DNA of 64,000 nucleotides from an uncultured virus (IMG/VR IMGVR_UViG_3300031992_001727) (Duplodnaviria; Heunggongvirae; Uroviricota; Caudoviricetes): IMG/VR virus record IMGVR_UViG_3300031992_001727; one strand, given 5' to 3'. How positions within the stretch are numbered: the stretch's first letter is position 1; each line of letters begins with the position of its first letter. Below are positions 17,671 through 27,199 of the stretch, piece by piece. The notes below the pieces were generated by a model, which was not told the DNA's origin, ran no database searches, and saw only the letters and a program-made list of their open reading frames with translations. A program made the position numbers and the translations under genes.

Positions 17671-19458
17671 GACGGTGAACTTGTAGCCGCGCTTTTTCTT
17701 CATCTCCTCTAGTGTCGACAGCAGCAACCCCTCGATGCGCTCATGGCTCAAGTAGTACTTGCGCTCCACTTCGTCCTCCAGCACATCGTCAAGGGTCAGC
17801 GTCAGTTCCTGCGGCTTCGGGAACTGGAACGACTGCTCCACATCATCACGGATGCTGACCAGGAAGATACGTTCTCGGTTTTGTGGTGTTCCAAAATCCT
17901 TCGCGTTAAGCACCTGATGGTAGTTGCGGTAGCCCAGCCGCTCAACCTCGTCGCACCACAGCTGGAACATCGGCAGGAACTTCTTGCTCACCATCGCCTT
18001 CACGTTCTCCAGCAACAGATACCGTGGACGCTTGACCTTGATGGCATCACGCACGTTCCAGATGATGCTCGAGCGTGTGCCGCTGCCCTCGGTGAAACCG
18101 TGCTGCAACCCAGCCGAGCTGATCGACTGGCAGTTGTGAACTATCGCTCCGTTAGCAGTATAGGAGTTGTCGCCTTCAACTTCCATATTATAGACTTCAA
18201 TGGTTCGCACCTCAAAAATCGGCAGTTTAGAAAGGGGATACCAAACATAACCGTCATCATAGAATGCTTTGTCCTGCACGTCATTGTCGGCTTTCCAAAC
18301 GACATTGTATGTGTCTTTCTGATTGACCGTCCTCCCCTCAATGACATATTTGTCGGGTCTTGCTACGCGATACAGCGAAAATGGTCGATTAAAAACCTTT
18401 GCTGCACATTGTGCGATGCCAAAGCATAGCTCTCTACTAACCGATGTTGTCTTGAAATGCTTACCAATCATGCAGCCATCGCTATCCATATATCCATCAA
18501 TGAATCTTCTGAGCAAGTCAACTGGAAGCGACATTGTATCTCCGTCAATGCGTTTGCCATGGGCATAGTAGCCATACCTGCCAACAAACTCACAAAGTTC
18601 TTTCTTGTGAATCTTCATTTTATAGCATGTTCGCTCTTTGATAACATTATAGTGGAAGCCACAATCGTCAGCGGCTGCGGTAAGGCTCCCCTTGTTGCGG
18701 TCGCTGCAACAAATTATCACGCTGTGCATCTTGTCGCTCTCGCGCTTCCAGCCGTCACCGATATATCTTCCCATCAGATACCAGAAACTCCCATTGCCCA
18801 AAAGCTGCGCCAAATCATTCACCTTGCGCCCATGTCCCCACTGGTTGTCAATCGTCCCATCCCATTTTGGCAACTCGGACTTTGTGTTTATGGCATAACC
18901 TAAATAACAATTCTTGTCCAAGTTCTTCGCCTTGATCCATTCTGGTTCGTGGAACATTCTCTCCGAGCCATGCCCAGCTCGGTACATTCTGCGCACATAG
19001 AAAGGGTGTTCCTCGGTGCAATAGATAATATCTGTTCCCATACCATAAATTTTCACCATGTTGCCTATGTAGGCATGGCGCATCGGTGTGACAACAGGCA
19101 TGAATCTGTTTTTGTGGGTCAGAACCATGTCTCCTGCCTTAATCTCCTCAATAGGTTTGTACCCTTGCTCGGTAAGAACAAGCGTACCAGCCTCAAAGCA
19201 TGGCGTGCTGTAAGTCAACAGGTCAAAGTCCGGCACCTGCGCCCAGTCTATCTTGGTCATGTCGCCCAGGTTGCGGTCGGCCCACTGCGGGAACAGTGCG
19301 TCATGTGCCTGGATGGCATACTTGTCTATCTCGCTCCAGGCCACAAGTTCATAGGGGATGCCCAGCCTGTTGAGGGCGAGACACTGGCTATCATAGCCCG
19401 AGCACAGCGTCACCACCCGCAGCGGGTTGCCGTTGTCATAAATTTCTTTTCTAGCCAT
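17599..19458 (-). CDS. C5 cytosine DNA methyltransferase, N-terminal part (motifs I-VIII), intein-containing
   Basis: LCSGYDS (I), SEID, STP|CQ (IV), LLENV (VI), LNAKDFG.PQNRERIF (VIII). Confidence 0.92.
   Translation of the reverse strand: MARKEIYDNGNPLRVVTLCSGYDSQCLALNRLGIPYELVAWSEIDKYAIQAHDALFPQWADRNLGDMTKIDWAQVPDFDLLTYSTPCFEAGTLVLTEQGYKPIEEIKAGDMVLTHKNRFMPVVTPMRHAYIGNMVKIYGMGTDIIYCTEEHPFYVRRMYRAGHGSERMFHEPEWIKAKNLDKNCYLGYAINTKSELPKWDGTIDNQWGHGRKVNDLAQLLGNGSFWYLMGRYIGDGWKRESDKMHSVIICCSDRNKGSLTAAADDCGFHYNVIKERTCYKMKIHKKELCEFVGRYGYYAHGKRIDGDTMSLPVDLLRRFIDGYMDSDGCMIGKHFKTTSVSRELCFGIAQCAAKVFNRPFSLYRVARPDKYVIEGRTVNQKDTYNVVWKADNDVQDKAFYDDGYVWYPLSKLPIFEVRTIEVYNMEVEGDNSYTANGAIVHNCQSISSAGLQHGFTEGSGTRSSIIWNVRDAIKVKRPRYLLLENVKAMVSKKFLPMFQLWCDEVERLGYRNYHQVLNAKDFGTPQNRERIFLVSIRDDVEQSFQFPKPQELTLTLDDVLEDEVERKYYLSHERIEGLLLSTLEEMKKKRGYKFTVKKKVTSRSASPADAGGAERPTTL
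18133..19200 (-). mobile_element. Intein with LAGLIDADG homing endonuclease (356 aa)
   Basis: Starts CFEAGTLV, block B TEEHPF, YLMGRYIGDG and FIDGYMDSDG, ends VHN followed by extein Cys; more AT-rich than flanks. Confidence 0.92.
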
Positions 19459-19483
19459 TTTACTCTTTTGGATGATGGATTTA

Positions 19484-19663
19484 TCATTTGAACAGCGAAA
19501 CACCGTCAGAGGTGCGTTTCTGTTCCATTCTCGCCCATTTGCGCCCCACGGCCACGATGTGGCGCAGCGCGTTGGCGATGGCCGCGTCGCTGTGGCGCAT
19601 GCCTTGCAGCACCCGCGCGGCGCGCACTATCGTGTCGTAGTCTCGGTCGCTGATGGATTTCAT
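19484..19663 (-). CDS. Small hypothetical protein (not in ORF track)
   Basis: MKSISDRDYDTIVRAARVLQ..., 59 aa, between dnaB and methyltransferase. Confidence 0.5.
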   Translation of the reverse strand: MKSISDRDYDTIVRAARVLQGMRHSDAAIANALRHIVAVGRKWARMEQKRTSDGVSLFK

Positions 19664-19694
19664 TGTGAATTGTGCATTGTGAATTGTGCATTGC

Positions 19695-21089
19695 CTAGAA
19701 CGGCGGCTCCTCGCTCCCCTTGGGATTGAGCAGCGGGTCGTCGGGCGATAGCAACGGCGGCGAGGTCAGCTCGCTCCAGCGGGTCAGCTCGCCGTCAAAG
19801 GCCAGCAGAAACTCGCCGATGCCCGTGTTGCGCGCCTTGCCGTGGATCACCAGCCCTGTCCCCTTGGGGTCGTAGCGGCTCCACTGGTCGCTCAGCTTGT
19901 CGGGGTAGGTGGTGTTGTACATCTCCGGTCGATACACCAGGTAGATGTTGTCGGCCGCATTCTCCAGGTTGCCGCTCTCCTTGAGTTGGGCGATGGTCGG
20001 CTCGGGGCTCTCGCCAGTGCTCACGCGGCGCAGCTGGCTGATGAGTATCACGCAGATGTCCAGTTCAACCGCCAGTCGTTTCAGACTGTCGGCACTGCCG
20101 CCCACCACCTCGCGCTTCTCACGCACGCCGGGGTTGGTCAGCAGTTGCGCATAGTCCACCACCACCAGCTTGATGCCGTAGTTCAGCTTCATCCTGCGAA
20201 TGCTCGCCTCGATGAGCCTGACGTTGCTCGCCCGTGTGCCGTCGTAGTAGATGGGCATCGGGGCCAGCCGTGCCGCGTGGTTGAAGGCTATCTGGAACGT
20301 GTCAGCGTCAAGCCTGGAGTATTGCAGTCGGTTGCTCGCCACACCGCTCTCCATGGCAGTCAGTCGCATGAACAGCTGTCTGAGGCTCATCTCCAGCGAG
20401 AAGAACGCCACTGCCGTGCCAGCCTTGGCGGCATTCAGGGCCATCGCCAGCGCGAGGCTTGTCTTGCCTTGGCTGGTGCGCCCGGCGATGATGTCGAGGT
20501 CGCTCGGCTGCAACCCGCCTGTGCGGTCGATGTAGTGGAAGCCGGTCATGATGCCGTCCACCGTCGTGCCGTTGGCGCGGGCTTCCCACTCATGCACCGT
20601 CTCGCGGTACACTTCCATGTTGGTCACGTCGGTGTCGGTGCGCATCACGGTGTTGTCGATGGTCTCCTTGGCTGCGGCGACCACATCCTCGATGTGGCGG
20701 TCAAGGTCGTTGAGGTTCATGGCCGCCCGCATCAGCCCGTGTTGCAGCTTGCGCCGGGTTGATAGGTTAGCCAGGTAGGCCGCTATCTCAAGTGGGTTGT
20801 CCAGTCTGCCGGAGTTGTCTGCGGCCAGTCCCACCTCGCGCAGGTCAAGGTTGATGCCCATGCTCGGTGCGCGGGCTATCACGCTGGCCATGTCCACCGT
20901 CTTGCGGTCATCGCCCAGCGACTGCATCACCTGCCAGATGTCCCGGCAGAACCCGTCCTCGAAGTCCTCCTCGGTGAGCATCGTCGCGCACTGCGGAAAG
21001 AACTGGTTGTTCATCCCACATAGGAACAGACCAATCAGCTTCCGCTCTTGATCGCTGTCATAGAGCAGTGTGTTTGTTTCGTTGTTCAT
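19695..21089 (-). CDS. dnaB: Replicative DNA helicase DnaB
   Basis: AGRTSQGKT Walker A, FSLEM, VDYAQL, SQLRR, LKESGNLENAAD, KARN. Confidence 0.93.
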   Translation of the reverse strand: MNNETNTLLYDSDQERKLIGLFLCGMNNQFFPQCATMLTEEDFEDGFCRDIWQVMQSLGDDRKTVDMASVIARAPSMGINLDLREVGLAADNSGRLDNPLEIAAYLANLSTRRKLQHGLMRAAMNLNDLDRHIEDVVAAAKETIDNTVMRTDTDVTNMEVYRETVHEWEARANGTTVDGIMTGFHYIDRTGGLQPSDLDIIAGRTSQGKTSLALAMALNAAKAGTAVAFFSLEMSLRQLFMRLTAMESGVASNRLQYSRLDADTFQIAFNHAARLAPMPIYYDGTRASNVRLIEASIRRMKLNYGIKLVVVDYAQLLTNPGVREKREVVGGSADSLKRLAVELDICVILISQLRRVSTGESPEPTIAQLKESGNLENAADNIYLVYRPEMYNTTYPDKLSDQWSRYDPKGTGLVIHGKARNTGIGEFLLAFDGELTRWSELTSPPLLSPDDPLLNPKGSEEPPF

Positions 21090-21951
21090 ACTTCACTTTG
21101 TGCTGTCTCAGCGACGCTTCGATGTCGTATTCGGGCCATTGTTCAAAGTACATGATTCCATCGTTCAGGTTGATGCAGAATTTATAGAACTCCACCACCA
21201 TCGGCCTTGGGAATTCCTTGCCGATGAATGGTAGCAGTTTTTTCCACAGATCCCTCTTTCGTTCTTCTATGTCTATGGCTCGTATGGCTTCGCGTCGCTT
21301 GTGTTCCTTGAAGTTCCGTAGTTGGTAGAACGCATCACTCATGAGTTGCTGCCGGGCTGGCTCCTCTCCTTTGGTGTTGATATGGTAGTCGTATGCGAAG
21401 TCTAGCAGTGCGGGAATGTCATCGGGTTCGATTCCTGCTTTGATTTGGTTTTCGACCCAGGGTCTGTTGTTCTCGATGATGTCTGCGATGATTTCCTCGC
21501 GCGCACGCGCTATTTTTTTTTCTTTATTAATTAGTAAACTAGTATTAGTATTCTTATTATAGTATGTTGCTGAATTCGGCAAGTCAGCCTTGCTTTTTTC
21601 GGCAAGGCTGGTTTGCTCTGAGAAGCAAGTCTTGAGCGTACTGGTGACAAATCTGCGTCTGCCATCGAACCTTGTTTTTTCGACAAATCCTTTCTCAATG
21701 AGCGATGATAATACCCTACTGGCATTTGTTTCGTTTATTTCTAGAAACTCCGCGATATACTTGTTGCTCATGAAACATTCTTTGCCACTCCTGGTATAAG
21801 TGTCAATTTCAGCGAGAAGTACGCGTTCTTGCCATGATAGCCCTAATCCCTTGTTATACCACAACTCGATTGGTATTACAATGTAATTTGGGTTGCTGAA
21901 ATTGTTAGCCAAAAAATCTTGTTGTTGAGATTGAGAGTGTTCCATCTTCAA
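21058..21951 (-). CDS. Phage replication initiator (N-terminal winged HTH)
   Basis: LLAEID...CFMSNKYIAEFL......SRVLSSLIEKGFV; upstream of dnaB. Confidence 0.75.
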   Translation of the reverse strand: MKMEHSQSQQQDFLANNFSNPNYIVIPIELWYNKGLGLSWQERVLLAEIDTYTRSGKECFMSNKYIAEFLEINETNASRVLSSLIEKGFVEKTRFDGRRRFVTSTLKTCFSEQTSLAEKSKADLPNSATYYNKNTNTSLLINKEKKIARAREEIIADIIENNRPWVENQIKAGIEPDDIPALLDFAYDYHINTKGEEPARQQLMSDAFYQLRNFKEHKRREAIRAIDIEERKRDLWKKLLPFIGKEFPRPMVVEFYKFCINLNDGIMYFEQWPEYDIEASLRQHKVKYEQRNKHTAL

Positions 21952-22177
21952 GATAATCTATTTGTATGATGCCAAGTTTTATAAGTTTTGCGGTAGCGTC
22001 ATTGAGTGATTTTTTCCCAATATACCTGTGTATGTATTGGAAATTGTTTTCTGTTATTTGCCATTCAGGGATTGCCCTATCGTCTTGTAGTGCTATAGCA
22101 TTTCTGATATTATTTAGAACAATTGCTGGGACTAATCCGTATCTTTCGGCTTCGGCTGTGTCGAATGTTTGTATCAT
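21905..22177 (-). CDS. Small winged-HTH-like protein
   Basis: FDT.EAERYGL..AIVL...KLIKLGII. Confidence 0.5.
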   Translation of the reverse strand: MIQTFDTAEAERYGLVPAIVLNNIRNAIALQDDRAIPEWQITENNFQYIHRYIGKKSLNDATAKLIKLGIIQIDYLEDGTLSISTTRFFG

Positions 22178-22180
22178 ATC

Positions 22181-22438
22181 TTATTCTTCCCATTTTATGG
22201 TTTGTGTCTGTTTGTCGGCGGCTTGCTGGCGTAGCAGGTATAGTTTGTCGTTGATGGCGGTGCGTATTGTGAAGATGACGCTCTGCGCTTCCTTGTGCGA
22301 CAGCCACATGCGACAGCCGTTGACTGAGAAGCAGTATTCACCGCCATTCTCGCTCTTTTCTGACCACAGCATAAGGTCGTTGATGAACTTCTGCCGTGCC
22401 TCGGCGTGCATGATCTCAAGTTTCAGTTCTCTTTCCAT
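22181..22438 (-). CDS. Hypothetical protein
   Basis: ORF from MERELKLE. Confidence 0.5.
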   Translation of the reverse strand: MERELKLEIMHAEARQKFINDLMLWSEKSENGGEYCFSVNGCRMWLSHKEAQSVIFTIRTAINDKLYLLRQQAADKQTQTIKWEE

Positions 22439-22442
22439 AGTT

Positions 22443-23000
22443 CTAAAGATTTTTGCGTATAGCGTAGTCGCAGATGAGCGTGGCATCCACCTTGTTGTCA
22501 TCGAAGGTCTTGCACCGCTCGGTGCGCTTGAACACCATGCTCGGGTGCAGTCGCCTCGCCGCCGAGCAGCTCGTAAGTTTTGTGTCAACCTTTCCATCGC
22601 GCATGATCTTGTCACCAGGAGACCACATCTCCTTTTGCCACACACGCGGTGCAACCTCAACATAGGGGATTCCGTAAGCCATCAGCATGCCGAGCACAAT
22701 TCCGTAATTCTTGCCGAAAGTGAATGTAGTGGCCACACCTTGCCTCGGCATTGAGTGAACCGACTCGATTGCAGCTACTGCGTAGCACTGGGCCACCTCT
22801 CGCAACAGCTTCTTCAAGTTGTCGGTGTCAGCGATGGGGCAGTGCTCATATTCCCTGCCGGCAACCCACCACACGCAGACATACCCCTTGGCTCCGGGGT
22901 CAATGCCTACATAAACTTCTCTATCCATAGTAGAATTCAAAATTTGCCTATAAAAAAGCTCTGTGAGCGCGTTTTTCTGTTCGGATGATAAATCTATCAT
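22443..23000 (-). CDS. RuvC-like Holliday junction resolvase
   Basis: YVGIDPG, AAIESV, TFTFG.NYG, V.P..WQK, DATLI. Confidence 0.85.
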   Translation of the reverse strand: MIDLSSEQKNALTELFYRQILNSTMDREVYVGIDPGAKGYVCVWWVAGREYEHCPIADTDNLKKLLREVAQCYAVAAIESVHSMPRQGVATTFTFGKNYGIVLGMLMAYGIPYVEVAPRVWQKEMWSPGDKIMRDGKVDTKLTSCSAARRLHPSMVFKRTERCKTFDDNKVDATLICDYAIRKNL

Positions 23001-23055
23001 CCTAGCAGTTTGACACGCTCACATGGCAAACAAACAACAAAAATATGTAATATGG

Positions 23056-23364
23056 CTAAAATGACGGTTCCTGCTGTGATGGCTGGTGTGTGTTCAGCGG
23101 CTCAATCTTGTAAAGCATGATATTTGTGAATGCTCTTCCTTTCCATTCTTTGGCCTTTGTGTTGAAAACCACCTTGATGAGCGTGCCAACGCTGAATGCG
23201 TTCAGTTCGGTCATTTTTTCGTTATACACGTCGATGGCCACAGAATTCGGGTATTGCGGTGCAACCTCTTCGACGATAATTGTTGTTTTCTGGCCTTCTT
23301 GGCCATTTTTCTGTCTGTATGTCTGTACTGGACAGATTTGCTTAAGTATTCCTACGAATTCCAT
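23056..23364 (-). CDS. DUF3127-like OB-fold (SSB-like) protein
   Basis: MEFVG.L..I......QYP....D....KEWKGRAFTN; acidic tail ending F. Confidence 0.7.
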   Translation of the reverse strand: MEFVGILKQICPVQTYRQKNGQEGQKTTIIVEEVAPQYPNSVAIDVYNEKMTELNAFSVGTLIKVVFNTKAKEWKGRAFTNIMLYKIEPLNTHQPSQQEPSF

Positions 23365-23375
23365 TGTTTTTTCTG

Positions 23376-24110
23376 TTATTCAATAATTGACGGCATAGAA
23401 GCAGCCTCTGCGTATTTGGATGCTGTGGCTTTCTGTGCCTCTATCACTTCATTGGCCCGCATCACCCGCTCACGCATCTGGGCGATGGCTTCATCATCCC
23501 TGGCGATGCGAACCTCAAAGATGGGCTTCACCATCAGCGGGCAATAGGGCACGAAGTCCACATAGTCTAGTTCACAAATGTCTATCTGTGCCATCACCTG
23601 CCAGTAGTATTCGGGCTTGACCGCCTTGAGCGACTCAGCATCGTGTATCGTATTGTACCACTCCCAGTAGGTCTTGGGCAGCGGGCATTTGATCTCGATT
23701 CCTGAGTTGCTCTCAACCACCAGCCCGTCGGGTGAGCAAGCGTAGTTGTCGATGTCGGGGTGGTCAACGCTGCCCACCTGCTCCACGGTCACGCCATGGC
23801 GGGTCTCATATATCTCCCGGGCTTCGTCCTCATGCTCGCTGCCCCAGCGAACATATCTGTTGCTCACTTCGACAAGTTCCCGGTAAATCCAGAACTCATC
23901 TTCGTTCGCCACCATCTCTGGGTCGAGATTGCGCTCGGCGGCAACCTCGTTTATGTATGACAGAGCGGTCTTGCCAAAGTATTCGTCCTTCTTGCGCCCG
24001 CTAGTCATCAGCTCGCTGATGCGGCTGGCATTGAACTTTCCCAATCGTTGGCGGTGCCACTCATCACTGCCCTGGGCTGGCATGTCTTGGTATGTCTTGA
24101 TGTCTATCAT
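23376..24110 (-). CDS. YqaJ-like (lambda-type) exonuclease
   Basis: QGSDEW...RLGKFNAS, CSPDGLV, EIKCP, YYWQV. Confidence 0.9.
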   Translation of the reverse strand: MIDIKTYQDMPAQGSDEWHRQRLGKFNASRISELMTSGRKKDEYFGKTALSYINEVAAERNLDPEMVANEDEFWIYRELVEVSNRYVRWGSEHEDEAREIYETRHGVTVEQVGSVDHPDIDNYACSPDGLVVESNSGIEIKCPLPKTYWEWYNTIHDAESLKAVKPEYYWQVMAQIDICELDYVDFVPYCPLMVKPIFEVRIARDDEAIAQMRERVMRANEVIEAQKATASKYAEAASMPSIIE

Positions 24111-24112
24111 AA

Positions 24113-24994
24113 TCAGTCTTCAAAGGGTAAATCGTTGACTGACGGATCAATCGGTTGTGGCTGTTCGTCAGTTGGTTTGTCTGTCTGTTCGCTGAATTCC
24201 GCATCCTCGGTCGCACGCTCCTTGGCACGCTCGGCCAGTGCATCCTTTGCGGCATCCTTGTCGTTGTCGACGTAGGTGTACTCGTTAGGGTTATATTGCA
24301 CCGACTGGTCGGCGGCAATGGCTTTCTGAATCTCTATCGACTTGGGTGCGGTACCATCGTTGAGCAGTTGTTTGATGACTGTCTTCAACGACATCTTGTG
24401 GCGGTCAGTCACCCACTTGCTGTTGTTATGCACCCATTCCGTTCGAGACTTATACGTCTCGGAATAACGCATGGCGTGTTTCTCAATGTCTTCAACTGTC
24501 ATGTAAAGCGTCTTTGAGAAACCATTTAGCAACTTGAAGTATGCCACATAACCGATTATTGGGAGTTTGTCACGGTCAGCGGTCTCATTCCACTCAAACT
24601 TGATGCGCCCTGTTAATCGATCAATCTTCTTCAACTCACCCTCACGCACATCTGTTGCGTTGATGTCGCTGTACATATTCGTGCGTATGGCTAGTTGCTG
24701 GAATCCTTTAAACCCCATCTGGAATTGCCCCACAGTCATTCCGGATTTTTTATCCTTGTATGGAATGACGTAGGCCATGCCCAGGTTTTTGTCCAGCGGC
24801 AATTCCAGCGCGGTTGCTGTGATGGCCGCGTTCATGATGGTGACCGGTTCGCACTCCTGCAACTTTTTGTCGTTAGAAACAAGAGCAGTGAGGTTGGCCA
24901 CAAACGACTGAGCTTTCTCTCCCAGCACGTCACGCAGGTAATCCTGCGTGTAGTCCATGCGCATCAGCGCATTGAAATCTTTTAATGAACTCAT
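24113..24994 (-). CDS. recT: RecT-family single-strand annealing protein
   Basis: LG.AYVIPYK, QFQMGFKGFQQLAIR, M.LKTVIK. Confidence 0.88.
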   Translation of the reverse strand: MSSLKDFNALMRMDYTQDYLRDVLGEKAQSFVANLTALVSNDKKLQECEPVTIMNAAITATALELPLDKNLGMAYVIPYKDKKSGMTVGQFQMGFKGFQQLAIRTNMYSDINATDVREGELKKIDRLTGRIKFEWNETADRDKLPIIGYVAYFKLLNGFSKTLYMTVEDIEKHAMRYSETYKSRTEWVHNNSKWVTDRHKMSLKTVIKQLLNDGTAPKSIEIQKAIAADQSVQYNPNEYTYVDNDKDAAKDALAERAKERATEDAEFSEQTDKPTDEQPQPIDPSVNDLPFED

Positions 24995-25040
24995 AAAAAA
25001 AATAATTGAAAGATAAAATAAATAAGAAAAATGAAATAGT

Positions 25041-25108
25041 TGGCGCGGCGGGAGTCGAACCCGCAATCGGCATGTAACACACAACCACGCCTATCCGTTT
25101 TGCGCGCC
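25041..25108 (-). ncRNA. tRNA-like structured element
   Basis: Minus strand GGCGCG...GCGGGTTCGACTCCCGC-CGCGCCA: acceptor-like stem + canonical T arm, no proper anticodon arm. Confidence 0.5.
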
Positions 25109-26228
25109 TAACACAGGTATGGAAGAAAACAAATCCAAAAACGGCCAGTATCTACCGCCGTGACCACCTACTGTACTTCGGTGGACGTACCCGGCTCGAC
25201 TTTGCCGTGAACTATGAGAACTTGCAAAAACGATCGAGAAAAAATCGGGCGCACAAAACAAAATTACAATTATGGCAGTACATGCAAGAAGTGCAGTGCG
25301 CCCGAACGATAAACCTTTCTAGCATTTTCCATCGGGAGTTTCCCGATTTTGGGGCCGCGCCACGCAGTCGAAACCACTGATTACGCACACCATTTAACTT
25401 AATACTAACTCTTGCATGACGCGGTGATGATGCGGCGGGGAGCGGAATGAGAAGAACAGCAGATGAAAAAGTCGCTACAACCCGCCGTGATGCGAAAGCC
25501 AAGCGCGGTGTTCAAAAGTAGAAACAAACTGCGGTTAGACATTGTTTATGCGCTTGGCAAAATATGAACATTGAAACTTGAGCGCCCCAGTCTCCCAGGG
25601 TGTTAATGTCGCCATGCCGCCTTGGGGGAAATAGACGGTTGTGTGCCAATATTGGCAGCGGCATGGCGTGATGAGACCCGCATATCCTCACGGACTGACG
25701 GGGAAAATCATTTAGTATAACATATGAAAAATCAACACATATCCTCACGGACATAGTAGCAAAGAACATAATATGGAATGCGGTCCCGCGCCCGAAATAA
25801 CAGACCATCTAATTCTTACTATTCAGTGAACTAACGGACGCGGGTGATGGTCATGCAGGTGTCCTACGCCTTTAATCCGGTGCGGTGCCTCACGGTCATC
25901 GCCACCTGCATGTGATGAGTGCCGCCTATCTTCACAGACCAGCGGCCAAGTAAATTGAAACTATTACGCTATTATGCACAATGACTTCACCATGGATGTT
26001 GTAGTTATCTGTTGGCGGCACTGACAGGCATTGGGCTGTTCGGCGTGAGGTCATGCCCGCCAGTGTTCGGCTATCTTTCACCCCGCATTGCTGTTAGGGG
26101 CATCCATGGTGTGATATTTACCCGCATATCTTCGCAGACCGGCGGGAATCTCAATTTTAAATCAATCCTTGCTTACGTTACGCGGCCCACATTGCGCATC
26201 ACTGCGGTATTGCGGGCCTAAGAAAGAG

Positions 26229-26381
26229 TTATTCGTTGTCTTCGCTCTTGACCATCAAGGTCAGTGAGCTTATGATTCCGAGCAGGCTTATGGCCAATGT
26301 CGGTGTGTCGGCATACTCACCACCATTGAGGGCGAGATATGCCAATGTTGCGATTAGCACGCAATAGCTTAATGTTCTCAT
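26229..26381 (-). CDS. Small two-TM membrane protein
   Basis: MRTLSYCVLIATLAYLALNGG..., similar to 38775-38966. Confidence 0.5.
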   Translation of the reverse strand: MRTLSYCVLIATLAYLALNGGEYADTPTLAISLLGIISSLTLMVKSEDNE

Positions 26382-26405
26382 TGTCGCATGTGTTTTGGTT
26401 AATAG

Positions 26406-26476
26406 CAGGGCGAGATGGAGTCGAACCACCGTCTGCGGTTTTGGAGACCGCTGTTCTGCCTCTAAACTATCGCCCT
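26406..26476 (-). tRNA. tRNA-Trp (CCA)
   Basis: AGGGCGA/TCGCCCT acceptor stem, GCGGT-CTCCAAA-ACCGC anticodon arm, GGTGG-TTCGACT-CCATC T arm; 3' CCA not encoded. Confidence 0.9.
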
Positions 26477-26771
26477 ATATGCCACCGAGACATGCAAGCC
26501 CCGGTGGCGAGTTATAGTAGTATGAAAATAAAATTTCAAAGTTCACACTTAACCGCCCTACACGTTCCCAGGATAATCGCAATTTGCGAAATATCACTGC
26601 CGTTCACTCGGGTGTCTCCTCGCCACGATCTCCTATGTGGGGCAGGCGCGCGGTTTAATTCCTTTCGGCTTCCATCCAGCCCGCCAGCCGCGACTGACGT
26701 GGGTACTTTCAAGGGGTTGCCGTCCCTGTGTTGTGCCGTGCCGGATGCGGTGTCCGGCTAACGCTTTACGG

Positions 26772-26996
26772 CTAGTTGATAAAGTGGTGCAGCACTCTGT
26801 TCTTTGGGAACCTCACTGAACCGCCGATTTTGATGTGCGGTATCTCGTCGGTGTGCTGCCTGACATACGAGACAGACACTTTCAACAGCTGTGCGCACTC
26901 TTCGGCTGTGAGCAGTGTCTCAGTCTCAGCCGCCATGCTTCGCTGCCATTCCCGGACGATGGCTCTTGCCACCATATTTGCTTCTGATTGTGTCAT
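26772..26996 (-). CDS. Excisionase-like HTH_17 protein
   Basis: LLTAEECAQLLKVSVSYV.....IPHIKIGGSVRF. Confidence 0.8.
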   Translation of the reverse strand: MTQSEANMVARAIVREWQRSMAAETETLLTAEECAQLLKVSVSYVRQHTDEIPHIKIGGSVRFPKNRVLHHFIN

Positions 26997-27199
26997 CTCA
27001 ATCTCGTCACTTTGCTTGTCCCTAATGCTCCTCGCCTCAGCATTAGGCGGTAGAACCTGTTTGTTGTCTTGTGGATGTCGGCGATGGCATACCTCAGTTC
27101 TTTTCTCGGCACCTCTGTATCGGACACTGAGATTGTGTTACCTATCTTCATCTCCATGAGCAGTTCTGTTATGCTCGATGGACGCTTCCTTGTTATCAT
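26993..27199 (-). CDS. Small DNA-binding protein (paralog of next ORF)
   Basis: SITELLMEMKIGNTISV...VTRL. Confidence 0.6.
   Translation of the reverse strand: MITRKRPSSITELLMEMKIGNTISVSDTEVPRKELRYAIADIHKTTNRFYRLMLRRGALGTSKVTRLR

Noticed and set aside
19666..19693. TGAATTG/TGCATTG heptamer tandem
   Set aside because: Single short low-complexity intergenic repeat with no associated feature
25212..26221. ORF-track calls in the xis-recT gap
   Set aside because: Atypical composition, no A-rich leaders or motifs; region better explained as structured non-coding sequence
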